DNA of 63,947 nucleotides, filler included, from Perkinsus olseni (lineage: Eukaryota), in assembly GCA_013115125.1 (NCBI GenBank). It is 5 parts of 5 records of this genome, joined end to end, with 100 filler letters (N's around TTAATTAATTAA, not from the genome) between each part and the next. Parts side by side here need not be neighbours in the genome. Positions count along the whole stretch, not along the records: positions 1 to 12,837 come from JABANN010000777.1; 4 more parts are not named here. One strand, 5' to 3'. The notes under the pieces were generated by a model. It ran no database searches. It saw nothing but the letters and a program-made list of their open reading frames with translations, and had not been told where the DNA came from. Positions 1-10,600 of this stretch are shown here, in pieces (the stretch's first letter is position 1; every line of letters begins with the position of its first letter). The translations under genes were made by a program, and so were the position numbers.

Positions 1-221
1 GATTGATTGAGATTGGATAATCAATTGAGATTAACCTCTCCTATATCTGGGTATTGTGTTCCCTGGATTACACACACCCAATGCAGATATCTCCTCTCGT
101 GAACTTTCTACTGCTCAGCTCAGTAGGTGGAGCGTCCTGCTACCATGAGAAAGGGTGCCGGTTTTAGTCACAGCGTCGTCACGCGTAAAAACGCGACTTA
201 AGGAGGAGTTTAGATATTGTA

Positions 222-467
222 GGTGGCCCTCAAATGAGGGCCTCAATCTAAATTATACTTGAGGCGTACTTCAGTTGCTCCTTAAGTAGTAAGGTTGTTA
301 GACAACTTGTCTCAGACAAGTAATGAAGTTACTCAAGTACCGCCGTAAGAACTTAAGGCGCCTTCAGTAAATCCAAGTTTAAGGCGCCTTGATGATGTTA
401 CTTAAGTACAGTAGTGAAATAGTTTACCTGGAAAACTTGAGGCGCTACTTGCATTTGAGGAGCACTG
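222..467. repeat. Degenerate CTTAAG/CTTGAG-rich repeat, possibly an old MITE
   Basis: Dense ACTTAAG/ACTTGAG/AAGGCGCCTT motifs. Weak terminal inverted match: GTGGCCCTCAAATG (left) vs reverse complement GTGCTCCTCAAATG (right). Confidence 0.35.
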
Positions 468-736
468 CGGCCCGCCCAAGACGTGAGTCACGTCACGTGA
501 CGCGGATCCTGTCAAGGCCCCATCTGATAGGGCCTATCAGCGTCTGCTCCACCGGGCTCCCTCGCCTGAAACTTCCAGTGGATGGCTAAGTCACCCACTA
601 GGCCATCATGGTTTGAGTGCTTCAGAAGCACTGCTGTGGAGGACTTCTGATAATCGCCTTATGTGTACGCTATCTTCTCGTGCCGACTTGTGTCCGTGTA
701 AGCTGCTGCATAATGAACAGTTCATTTTCAACAATA

Positions 737-1585
737 ATGGGCCTTCACCTTATCGCTTTCATCTCCTTCATCGTCATGGTGGCCCATGGTGGCTGCAAAA
801 ACCGCGGCACCCCAAAACCGACTACCCCCTGCCCCACATTGGTTGTGCCCACATTGGTTGGCCCCACAACGGTTGGCCTCACGACAGTCGTGGGTACCAC
901 TCTCAATCCCAGTGTCAGTTTGTACGAGCACGCTGTCAAATTCGTCTACCAGACTTCCGGTCCGAATCCTGTGCGGATAGTCTTCCTCTTCGCTGACACC
1001 GGTAACGCTATGTTCTCTGTAGAGTGTGAAACTGGATCACCGTATCAAACTAACTGGTTTGAGGCGCCCCCGGCGATAGAGGACCATCTTCGCTGGATTG
1101 CTGGAGCTAAAGCTGCCTGCCCCCAAGCTGACATCCTCTCCAGCGACTTCACCGGATTCAGAATTGACTTCCAAGGTCGAATGGCTACCCGCTTCGGTGG
1201 GAAGGAAATCTTCCTCGAGCGCGTCTGGCATTCACTCATCCCAGGAATGTATTCCTCGGAGCCAAATTCTGCATCCAAGATGCATTACAGCGTCAACATT
1301 GACGGAACCGTCGGTGTGAAGCTTGACTGCGAGGGTGGCGGTGACACCGGTTTCAAGAAGTACAAGCTCGTGGGAACGGGCATTGGTAATCCCTACAAAC
1401 TGTCAGCCATGAAGGATGGAGACACGTGGGATAACCTCATCAACGACCTCAAGGCGGTCTGTCCTGATCAAAGGAGTCGTCTTTTCCCTGGTCATGAATA
1501 CCCGACTGTGGGATTCGCAACCTCCAAAGGCATTTACGTCTTTGCGGCTGGTCGAAGCGATCGTCTTTTCAAGGAGTCTTCCTGA
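737..1585 (+). CDS. Intronless secreted hypothetical protein with Pro/Thr-rich linker (lineage-specific family)
   Basis: ATG at 737 begins a signal-peptide-like MGLHLIAFISFIVMVAHG. PTLVV/PTTVG repeats follow. Clear paralogy to the 4654-5516 gene (MHYSVNIDGTVGVKLDCEGGGDTGFKKYKLVGTGIGNPY). Confidence 0.8.
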   Translation: MGLHLIAFISFIVMVAHGGCKNRGTPKPTTPCPTLVVPTLVGPTTVGLTTVVGTTLNPSVSLYEHAVKFVYQTSGPNPVRIVFLFADTGNAMFSVECETGSPYQTNWFEAPPAIEDHLRWIAGAKAACPQADILSSDFTGFRIDFQGRMATRFGGKEIFLERVWHSLIPGMYSSEPNSASKMHYSVNIDGTVGVKLDCEGGGDTGFKKYKLVGTGIGNPYKLSAMKDGDTWDNLINDLKAVCPDQRSRLFPGHEYPTVGFATSKGIYVFAAGRSDRLFKESS

Positions 1586-2324
1586 CTCTTCTCTACTAGG
1601 TCCCGTAGCCATATATCCCGCTGGTGCCTTCTTTCCCTACTAATGAATTTTTAGACCAGGGACCCTAGCACTTCCCCGTATGCCCCTGGTGGAGTCTACG
1701 GGCAGCCTGTGCCACAGGCCCTGTGGCGCACGCTTCGTTCTCTAAATTGTTGTATTCAGTGATTTTGAATCACTGTTTTTTTACATGCATTGGGATGCAT
1801 TACGAGAAGTCGATGGTAATCATCGAAGAATCACTCCCACTCACCTGCGATTGTTGCGTTAGAGTTCTCAGTCAAACCAGCGGATTGGCGGTTGTGCGGA
1901 CACGGTCATTATCGATCTATAAGTCTTACGCTGAGACACAGCGATTCTCGTTTGAGCGGCACCGGGAAGTAGGAGTCGTTATTGCTTCTTGTCGAATCGA
2001 CGCGCTTCGGCCGAGTGTAGTAGTCGACCTTCAACAATCAGTGTACCTTGGATCAGTGGATCTTGTCGTGTCTGTCAGACACGGTGTCTACACACTGTGT
2101 AGTACACAGTCTGAGACACCGTTTCTCAGGCGTCGATCCGGCCGTACAACTTGTACGGCGATGCTTACAAGTTGTACAAGACGTACAACTGATAGTATTA
2201 CGTAACTTGTACAAGTCGATACAAGATGTACAAGCTTGTCCAGTACAAGCACTCAATATAGCATCAACGACTGCACCAGTGAATCACTGGCAGTGATTAA
2301 TAGGACTGTTTTTCTAACACTCTA

Positions 2325-2832
2325 CACCATTTCCAGACCCACTTAGTAAAACCCCAGAGCAATTTAATCGGCACGCGGGGCGCATCCGGACCGTCCCTCC
2401 TCCCGGCCCGGGGACTCCGGCCATGAGTGGCGGGAGATGCGGTAGGACGAAGTCAGAGTACCTCCTGCCGTACTGTGATATGTTGCTCCGAGAAGACGTT
2501 GAAGCAGTTACTATGCAACTTTGTATACGATGCTTCAATCACGCCCAAACATTTTACCCTCGTTGCTCAGCTATGGAAGCATGCCAGTCGGAGCCCCAAT
2601 TCGAATGTTTGAGAATTAGGCTTTAACCTGCGATCTGGAGGACACCGAGGGTTTACTTCATGACATAAAGTTCATGTAGGCTGACGTTGTGAGTTTTCGT
2701 ACTTGGTAGTGATTTCCTCGGGCTCTACTAAATTGGTCTTTCTTGAAATCAAATTGCTTTGGGGTTTTACCAATCTGGTCTGAGCCTTATTGAATTGCTC
2801 TGGGGTTTGACTAAGTAGGTCTGGAGAGGGTG
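2325..2832. mobile_element. MITE of about 508 bp, TA target-site duplication, Tc1/mariner-like non-autonomous
   Basis: Left TA|CACCATTTCCAGACCCACTTAGTAAAACCCCAGAGCAATTTAAT matches the reverse complement of the right end TA|CACCCTCTCCAGACCTACTTAGTCAAACCCCAGAGCAATTCAAT. Subterminal repeats are present. A second copy starts at 12734. Confidence 0.8.
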
Positions 2833-4653
2833 TACATAAGCTGTAGAGCGCAACATGAACCTCGACCCGTCAAAGACTGAGTCTTTAAGACTCCAACGAG
2901 ATGCTAAAGGTTGTTGCTCCTGGCCGCTCTTGTAGTCAACCAACACGTTGGTGACGTATCTCGTGGTGATGACAACGCAAGGATCAGGGTGGCCGTTCTT
3001 TCATTCTTTCATTCTTTCCTTCAGAAAGAAAGGCTATTTTTCCCCAAAGCAAAGAATGCCTATTTTTCCCCGGAAAATAGGAAAAATAGAAAAAATGGAA
3101 ATTTTGGAAAAAATTGGGGAAAAAGAGAGAAAAACTCAAGAAAAAGCGAAAAAGGAAGAGCGAGATGTGGTTGATCACTAATCAATGATTAGAGGCATAG
3201 AGATGTGCCATAGGTCTGACAGAAATATAACTGAAACATTCGGGAGATTTAAACCCTCGTAACGACGGAATCGATGGATCTCGTCGTTGGATCTTAGGCG
3301 CGCAGGAGTGTCCATCAAAGCTCGAAGCTCACGGAAAAGAGAGAAACGTGCGGCCCTTGCTCCTACTGGTGGAGTCACTTCACTGGAGTGTGAAAGACGA
3401 GTGTGGAACTTAAAGTTATCTATACCTTGCCACACAAACTCCCTGCGGGCCGGCTGCACAAGAGCGTTTCTTCAGTTGTACAAAATTTGTGGCCAGGTAA
3501 ACCTGCCAAGTTTGTAGTAGTTGTGATTGTCTCAGCAGCAGTGCTCAAGCTTTCCTTAGGGATAGCCTGTCAACGAATAATATATTTAGAGACGCCTTCC
3601 TCCGCTGGACAACCATATGGAGGTTTCACGGGACCGCTGTGAGAAGTGATTCTCACGAGCGCGTATTCAGCAGCTCATCCGGTACAGATGGTTCCGTTTC
3701 GTCGAGTCACTCAATATGAGTGCCACCGATGATTCCACGTTGAAAAAGTATACTAAATTCATAATTATTGAAGCCCTATGCCTCCAATGACTGTATCAGC
3801 AAAGATGATGATGATCATAAATGAGAGCAAAGTTTGCTCTCTTTGCTCTCATGGATCATCGAGAAGCCGTCGCCGGCCCCCGAATCCAACAGGATTCCGT
3901 GAGATACTGTCATGCACTGTCGCGCAGTTGTGTCACGCTGAGAATAGCAGCGGGAAGATTTCCGGTATGGCTCAAGTTGACTCCTCGAAATTGATGTCCT
4001 TATCAGCGAAATTGACTTCCTTAGCCATGAGCGTCTTATTCACGGAATTGATTTCCTTATTCGAGGCCTGCCGCTAAAATGACTTCTTTATCCGCCAATT
4101 GTATACCCTCATCTCGACCCTACCGCTAATTTGCTGTCTCAACGACCCGCCAACGTGAAGTCCTCGACCCCCATATAGGCAACGGCAACCTTATCCGCCA
4201 AATAGACTTCTGAATGGTATAGTCATCCTAACGAGGAAGGCTATCAATAACCAATGAAGAACATAGTTCAGGAAACAACCTGTCAGTTGGTGTATGCGCT
4301 TTCGCACTCGGTAATGACAAATACCACCAACTGGTTCTCCGAGGCTAATGCGCGTCACTCTCCCATCGAGATTATGTCCGAAACTGTATCGCCCATTTCC
4401 ATCGACACCTTGCCTGACCAACTGAACCCAACATCGCCAATTGTGATTGAGTGGCGAAACGTAACCTAGCGTGTCCTTGACGCTTCACATCAACTACTGA
4501 TTGACGAAACTGGCGTTGCAGTAAACGCGTAAGATAATTCTGGAATCGACGCAAACGTCACTGGCAGACCCTGCGCTTCTGACTCAGAAGTTCTGAGCGT
4601 AAGGAGGGGAAAATTGATTGGGATAAGTACTAATAAGAATTGACAGAAAAATA

Positions 4654-5516
4654 TTAAGAAAGTTGTCTATGAAGACTATCAGTGATAAAGTCGCCTGTAA
4701 CATAAATCACATCTTCGGTAGCAAACCCCACCCTCTGATAGTTGTCCGTGAGAAAGCTATCTTCCGAGAAACCGGGGCAAGCCATCTTGAGGCTACCAAC
4801 GAGGTCCTCCAACGTGTCTCCGTCCTCGATTGGTTTCACCTCGTAGGGATTATCAATGCCCGTGCCTACGAGTTCGTACTTCTTAAAACCGGTGTCGCCG
4901 CCACAAGCACAGCCAAGCTTCACATCAACGGTTCCGTCCATGCTGACGTTGTACTGCATCTTCACTCCAAGCTCGGATGAGTCGCCAGTGGAGTAAAAGC
5001 CCGGTGTCAGCGGCAACCAGGTGCGTTTTAGAGTAATCGGACCATCTGCGAAAAAAATCTGTACGCTGCCGCCAGCACCGGCAGATATCTCGGTGAACTC
5101 GTCGCCTGCGATGCCGGCTCTGGGGCAGGCAGCTCTTACTCGAGCAACCCGAACCTCATGCTCCGTCCACTCAGGATCACGGCCCGAGATCCTGTGGATT
5201 ACGTGCAACTCACACGGTCGGGAACTCGCAAATCTTGTTTCGGGCTTCTTGAGGGGGAACCAATTACTCTGATAAACAGTTTCACACACTACGGAAAACA
5301 TGCCCATATTAGCATGGCCAGCAAAAACTATACTAACGGGATTGGGGCCTTTCGACTCGTAAACGAATCGGCCAAGGTGGCACCTTGAAGGTGCTTGTGC
5401 GGGTAGTCATCGACCCTGGGATGAGATGCACGCTGGGGGGCGGGGCGACTCCTGCGATTACCGTAGACCAGAGGTAAGAAACGGAAGGCTGAGATGATAA
5501 GGCGGAATATCATCAT
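4654..5516 (-). pseudogene. Paralog of the 737-1585 secreted protein, with one frameshift near 5380
   Basis: The signal-peptide ORF (MMIFRLIISAFRFLPLVYG) is in a different frame from HLGRFVYESKGPNPVSIVFAGHANMGMFSVVCE, which aligns to HAVKFVYQTSGPNPVRIVFLFADTGNAMFSVECE of gene 1. No frame-restoring GT-AG intron was found. Confidence 0.65.
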
Positions 5517-6766
5517 TGGTAAATGGACAGCTACCTACGAAAGGGAACCAGTGATGGAGGGAATAACACCACGTATTGTTCATCGCATGCACAGTTCGTC
5601 TTTCAACCACGACATCTTGTGCTACTGGGACGAACACGACAGAAGCACCACCACGATACGGATAAGTGCTCGATTCACTCCTGGTCATCCTTGGGTGAGG
5701 AGATAGGCCATGGGAATCCAACCGTCGCAAAACCCGATGAGGAGTCCTCACTGAGGACGGTACCTTGCTGCAGCACAGACCTTTCCGCACGCGATTCGCG
5801 TAAAGCGGGCCCTTAGCGTGAGCTGTCCCCATTTTTTCATATTGAGTTGAGGGAGAGGGCTCGCGAGGAGCAACGCCATGTTGCCCCAAGCGATGCCACG
5901 AGATGTCTGGGTGCTGAACTCGTTGATTCCGTCGTCACTTCAAGACTGACGTTCCCTCTCAAGAAGTTTCTGCTCCAACTTTTCGAGCAGCGGCGGCGCG
6001 TGACGTGGTCGAGGCCTGGACCGGCGCCGTGTCACGGGAGGTGTGTAACGCTATAGGTGGGTATTGGGTATTGAGCACAAGGAAAGTCTGAGAGCTTTCC
6101 CGTCTGAGGTCAAGGAGGACCTTCCACCGTTTCACGCGAGCTCATCTCATGCACGGGATTATGCGTCACGCTCACCACGGCCGGGATAGCGAAGGCTAGC
6201 GCGCTCGTTGAAGGCAGCGCGTGACGGTTTGCATGTCTCGTCCCTGCGCCCGTGCAGAAGGTTTAGCTTGAGCTCAGAACTCGCAACAGCGCAACTCAAA
6301 ATGGCCCACTTTCTTTCTGGACGGAAGAAACGGAGTTAGAGCGTGATTGAACGAAACGGCGTGGACAAAGGGATCATGTATGTAAGACCCGTGGATGAAT
6401 GAGATGTGTACGAAAGAGGCTGGACAGTAACATGGACGAAACGAACGGGATGAACCCGGTCATGGCTGAAACAATCTTCGACGAAACCTACAATGTATGG
6501 AACAGCGATGCACGAATGGAGGTTCCTCGGGTTCCGTGCGATGGTCGTTTCCGTCGTTAGTGTGGGATCCACCATCTCACCAGTCGAACCATGCCGAATT
6601 TCGAGGGCTCAGTAGAAGTGCAACCTAGTAACAGGCTACAATTTGACTACAGTTTAACAGTTTACAGTCTAACTATCCAGCAACGCCACACTGGCATAGC
6701 GGTGGCGGGTCGCGCTATCTTCCGGATAACCCGGGAACGATCCTGGCAGATGACGATTGTGTGGTA

Positions 6767-7088
6767 CAGTGGCAGTACAATTCCTGGCAGTACAATTCGA
6801 AGTATGAAAATTCCGTATACCGAATAATACTGTACGAAATTCAAATCCACGAGCCAGTACTGTACGACTTGTTACTGTCCTTACTGGAAGCGTACCATGG
6901 GTTACTGCACGGATCGTTAGTGAACGGATCATCAGTGTACGGGTCATCAGTGTATGGGCTAAAACTGCACCACTGGATGCTGTACGAGTACCGACGCAAA
7001 GGTGGTGCAAGATTATAACTCACAACTGCACGTGTGGAAACTGTACGGATGAAGCCTGTACGAATGTAATTTCTACGACTTGCCACTG
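6767..7088. mobile_element. MITE-like element of about 320 bp with CAGTGGCA termini and an internal degenerate 15-bp periodic array
   Basis: GGTACAGTGGCA (6763-6774) is the reverse complement of TGCCACTGTACC (7081-7092), giving TA-flanked CAGTG ends. The interior repeats CTGTACG/GTGTACG about every 15 nt. Confidence 0.6.
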
Positions 7089-7216
7089 TACCGAACGATC
7101 CTCACCGCCGCGTTTACCTAACTCAACAAAATCAGAGCGTGAAAATAATCAGCCCTTTCGTAATACAGTCGGGTATGCTGAAAAATATTAAAATCGCCAA
7201 GCTCAACCAGAACCTT

Positions 7217-7289
7217 GCCCTGGGGTGGGATCGAACCTGAGACCTACCGATACGTGGTTGAATGCACTTCTCAACTAGACCATGGGGCC
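7217..7289 (-). pseudogene. Degenerate tRNA-like sequence (pseudo-tRNA or SINE head)
   Basis: About 72-73 nt: GGCCCCATGGTCTAGTTG (A-box-like) ... AGGTCTCAGGTTCGATCCC (B-box) ACCCCAGGGC. The T-stem and anticodon stem pair poorly, so it is not a credible functional tRNA. Confidence 0.55.
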
Positions 7290-7632
7290 TGCTGAATCCA
7301 TCTCATGTGCTTATGCTTTCTTCGTTCGACACCCAAGTTGCATTTAACAGAATAAATACTTCACAAAAAGTAAAAACAAAAGAAGTCGATTCGACTTTTC
7401 ACGAAAAATAAATCTCTTCAGGAGGGCAATAAAATTCCAGAAACACAGAATCGAAAAAATCATTTCGCGAAGAATTGAACTCAAACTAATACATGCTCCG
7501 CTCGGTTCGCTCGCTTCAGTCGAATGCTCATTGGAATCAACGATAACTTCTCAGCGCGAAGATTTCGCACCCGTGAAGTACATGAAACCCAGGCCGAAAG
7601 CGATCGGAAAAGATACGGAAAGGTGCAGTCAC

Positions 7633-10600
7633 CTACCAGTAGACCACCGCCACGATTAGGTAGGTGAGTTGAAGCATGAGGCCCTCCAACCAGTTGCTCT
7701 TTCCGTTGACCACAATCGACATCGCGATGATCACGGACAACACCTGGTGATGATGCTGCTAGAGGGCAGTGAGCAGTTGGGCTGACTTACCAGTATCACA
7801 ACTCCAAGCATGCCGAAGTCAAGGTCCATAGATACGCCCATGCACCAACCAACAATCACAGCGAAGGGCACCTGACACTCTTGCTTGACGCAAACTGCAA
7901 GAAAACTGTTAAACACCGGAGAAGATACAAAATGAATACGGAAAAGGCTCGTGAAGTGATCCGATTAGAACTAGAAGTCTCTCTTCAACTGGTTAACAAC
8001 CTCGCAGTTCATTCATCAAGGTTTGCCAACTCGCGGCACGGAGGAAAGAGGGAAACCGATTGCCCTGCATCAACTGTAGAGAAGCCGGCGAGAATCAAAA
8101 TTACGCGGTCATTTTATTGGGCAAGTTCAAAGCTCGACTGAGAAGTAGACCAAGTTGTGAGATGGGGACGATACCTGAGTGTTCACCTGGCCTGGCCTGG
8201 CCTGGCCTGGCCTGGCCAGGCGAGACCAAACACTCACAGCTCACAGAGCTGTGGTGTTTGGTAGGCTCCTACGGCGAAGGAGGCTTTGATCAGTCCACTC
8301 ACGGCGCAGTGGAATGTTGAAAGATTTCGCGAGGTTCAGTTTTCGGATGGAACTCGCGGAAGCGGCCAAGAGAATACACTCTCTCGGACTTCCTATCAAC
8401 ACGAGGGTCATCCTTGCAGCTGACTGGCGTCCGAACGGTCGAACACAGCGCACAGACGAGGTTAATGGGGTATCAAGAAATGTTTGCTGATGAAAGATTG
8501 CTTACCACAAAGAGCGCGATTTGCGTGCACGACCCCACAGCAATGCCGATCGCTATCTCCGGTTTGTCAATGATACACATCCGAATGGCCGACGCATGCT
8601 CGCACGCGTTGCCGACTATTGGTAATAATATAACACCGATGAACGAGGAAGATACAGAATAGCTCGACCTGAGTAAGATACGGAATAGCTCGACCTGCGT
8701 AAGATACGGAAAAGCTTGGCCTGAGCAAGATACGAAATGGCTCGACCTTAAGATCCGCTTCTCAAGGCGTGAACAATAACGACGCACAAAAACTTACACG
8801 ACCCCCTCGATAGATCCGACAAGATACTCGGAGTTCAACGCGACTAATAAAGTTGAAACCTGAAAACAACGACCGCTTCATTCTTTCTCAATACCACAAT
8901 TCTCGCAAATCGTCGCTGTAAGTTGTAAAACGGGAAAGGCATAATCGATCAAGATACTCACCAATAATAAAGTCAATGAGGTCGGTACGTTTATGGTCGG
9001 CTCGTCAGCATCCTCGCCACCCTCGCTCTCGAATATCGATAGGTGGGTATACCTGCGGAAGGTCCCCGGTTCGATCCCGGCATGTTGTATTTTTATCATT
9101 TACATTTGGAAGACGAGGAAGCAGATGTAGCTGAGCAGAAGGAAGATGGAAACCACTCTGGAAATCTCCAAGACGGTGCTCTGCAAATCTCCCTTCTCAA
9201 ATTGCTGTTTGAAGCCTTCCTCGAAAACCTGAGCAAAGCTATCAGCTCGCCGAGGCCTGAAGATCGGACCTTCAAGGTCCCCGGTTCGAATCCCATGGCC
9301 GGCATTTTTCGATCGAAAATCACGATGAATGATGCTGACCCCAATGAAAGTTAGGCATTGACCTGTTCTAGCGAAATCGATCGAGAGATATCTTTGAGAA
9401 TCTTACCGTTACTTGTAAATATACTGACACTAAAGATACCCATCAAAACAATTTAATATGATAATTTATTCAACACTATATGATACTTTCAATAACTAAA
9501 TTCCTATTATGAAATATTTCCGTCGTAAAAATGGTCTACCGAAATCGATCAAGAAGCATCTTCGAGAATCTTACCGTTGCTTAGAATTACACTTGATAAA
9601 AAAATGTAAATATTCCCGTCTTAAAAGTGTTCTACCCAAATCGATCGAAAGATATCTTAGAGAATCTTACCGTCGGCATCGCGAAGGCTGCGCAAGCTAG
9701 AAGTAGCATACTCATATTCGTCATCGGACCGGTCTCCTTGAATTCCTGCTCCTTGCCCAAGTGCCCAATACCGCCGAAGAAAAAGGACATACCCAGCACC
9801 TGACAGAAGAATCTTGGGTTGAAGCATGGTAATCACGGAATCACCCTGGGGATAAATTCACCGGAGTTTTATGAAGGAAAAATCGCAATTTTTCAGAAAG
9901 TTGAAAATTTTAACGTTTCCTCGACGAGATTTATATCTTCAGCGGAAAAATTCCAGGTAAATTCCCGCTGCAGGAATTTTCGCGGAATGAACACGATGCT
10001 CAACCAGCTTGATACGTACTATTACTATAATACTAAACGAAAAAAGTGACAAATTTGCAACGCTCGAAAAAAAATCCACTGTAGGTTATGAAAAACATCA
10101 ATTTATTTACGCAAAAATTTCCTCTCGATAATCGAAGCTCGCTCAGACGAGAAAATCGTAGAACTCAACTTACCAATAATAAATTGGAGAGGACAGATCC
10201 CAGCAGAGTTCCCTTCACGACCGTGACCAGACCCTTCATCAACGACTGCACCGTGAGAATCATTTCTACTGCGTTGCCAAAGGTCGCGTTCAAAAGGCCG
10301 CCCAGGGTGTCATTCCGAAGGCCAACGGCGAGCTCCTCAGTCGCATCACCTACGAAAGGAGTGGTACGAAAATTGAAAAATAAATTAATCAATTGGAATT
10401 ATCATACCAAATTTTCCGCACTTCGTGAAAAACGGAGAATTCCTGTTCACAGTGGTTGTCAAGTACTCGCTAGAGTTATTATACTATCTCAACCATCGAG
10501 GACCCGGGTTCGATCCCGGGCACTGACATTTTAAGAGATATCTTCACAAGTGACTTTCTTATGCACAGTACTTAATCGGAGTTATTACACTACTCGAATA

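Noticed and set aside
1603-1612. CCGTAGCCAT matching the 5' part of the spliced leader
   Set aside because: Only 10 nt, downstream of a stop codon, with no remaining SL or SL-RNA structure.
2990-3170. K/E-rich or F-rich short ORFs
   Set aside because: Low-complexity A-rich tract. The ORFs are compositional artefacts.
3975-4110. 21-nt periodic KEIN/KEVN/KDIN heptads on the - strand
   Set aside because: Short and interrupted. At most a decayed coiled-coil remnant, and no gene could be supported.
7217-7289. Functional tRNA gene
   Set aside because: A- and B-box-like motifs are present, but the T-stem and anticodon stem do not pair. Kept only as a pseudo-tRNA.
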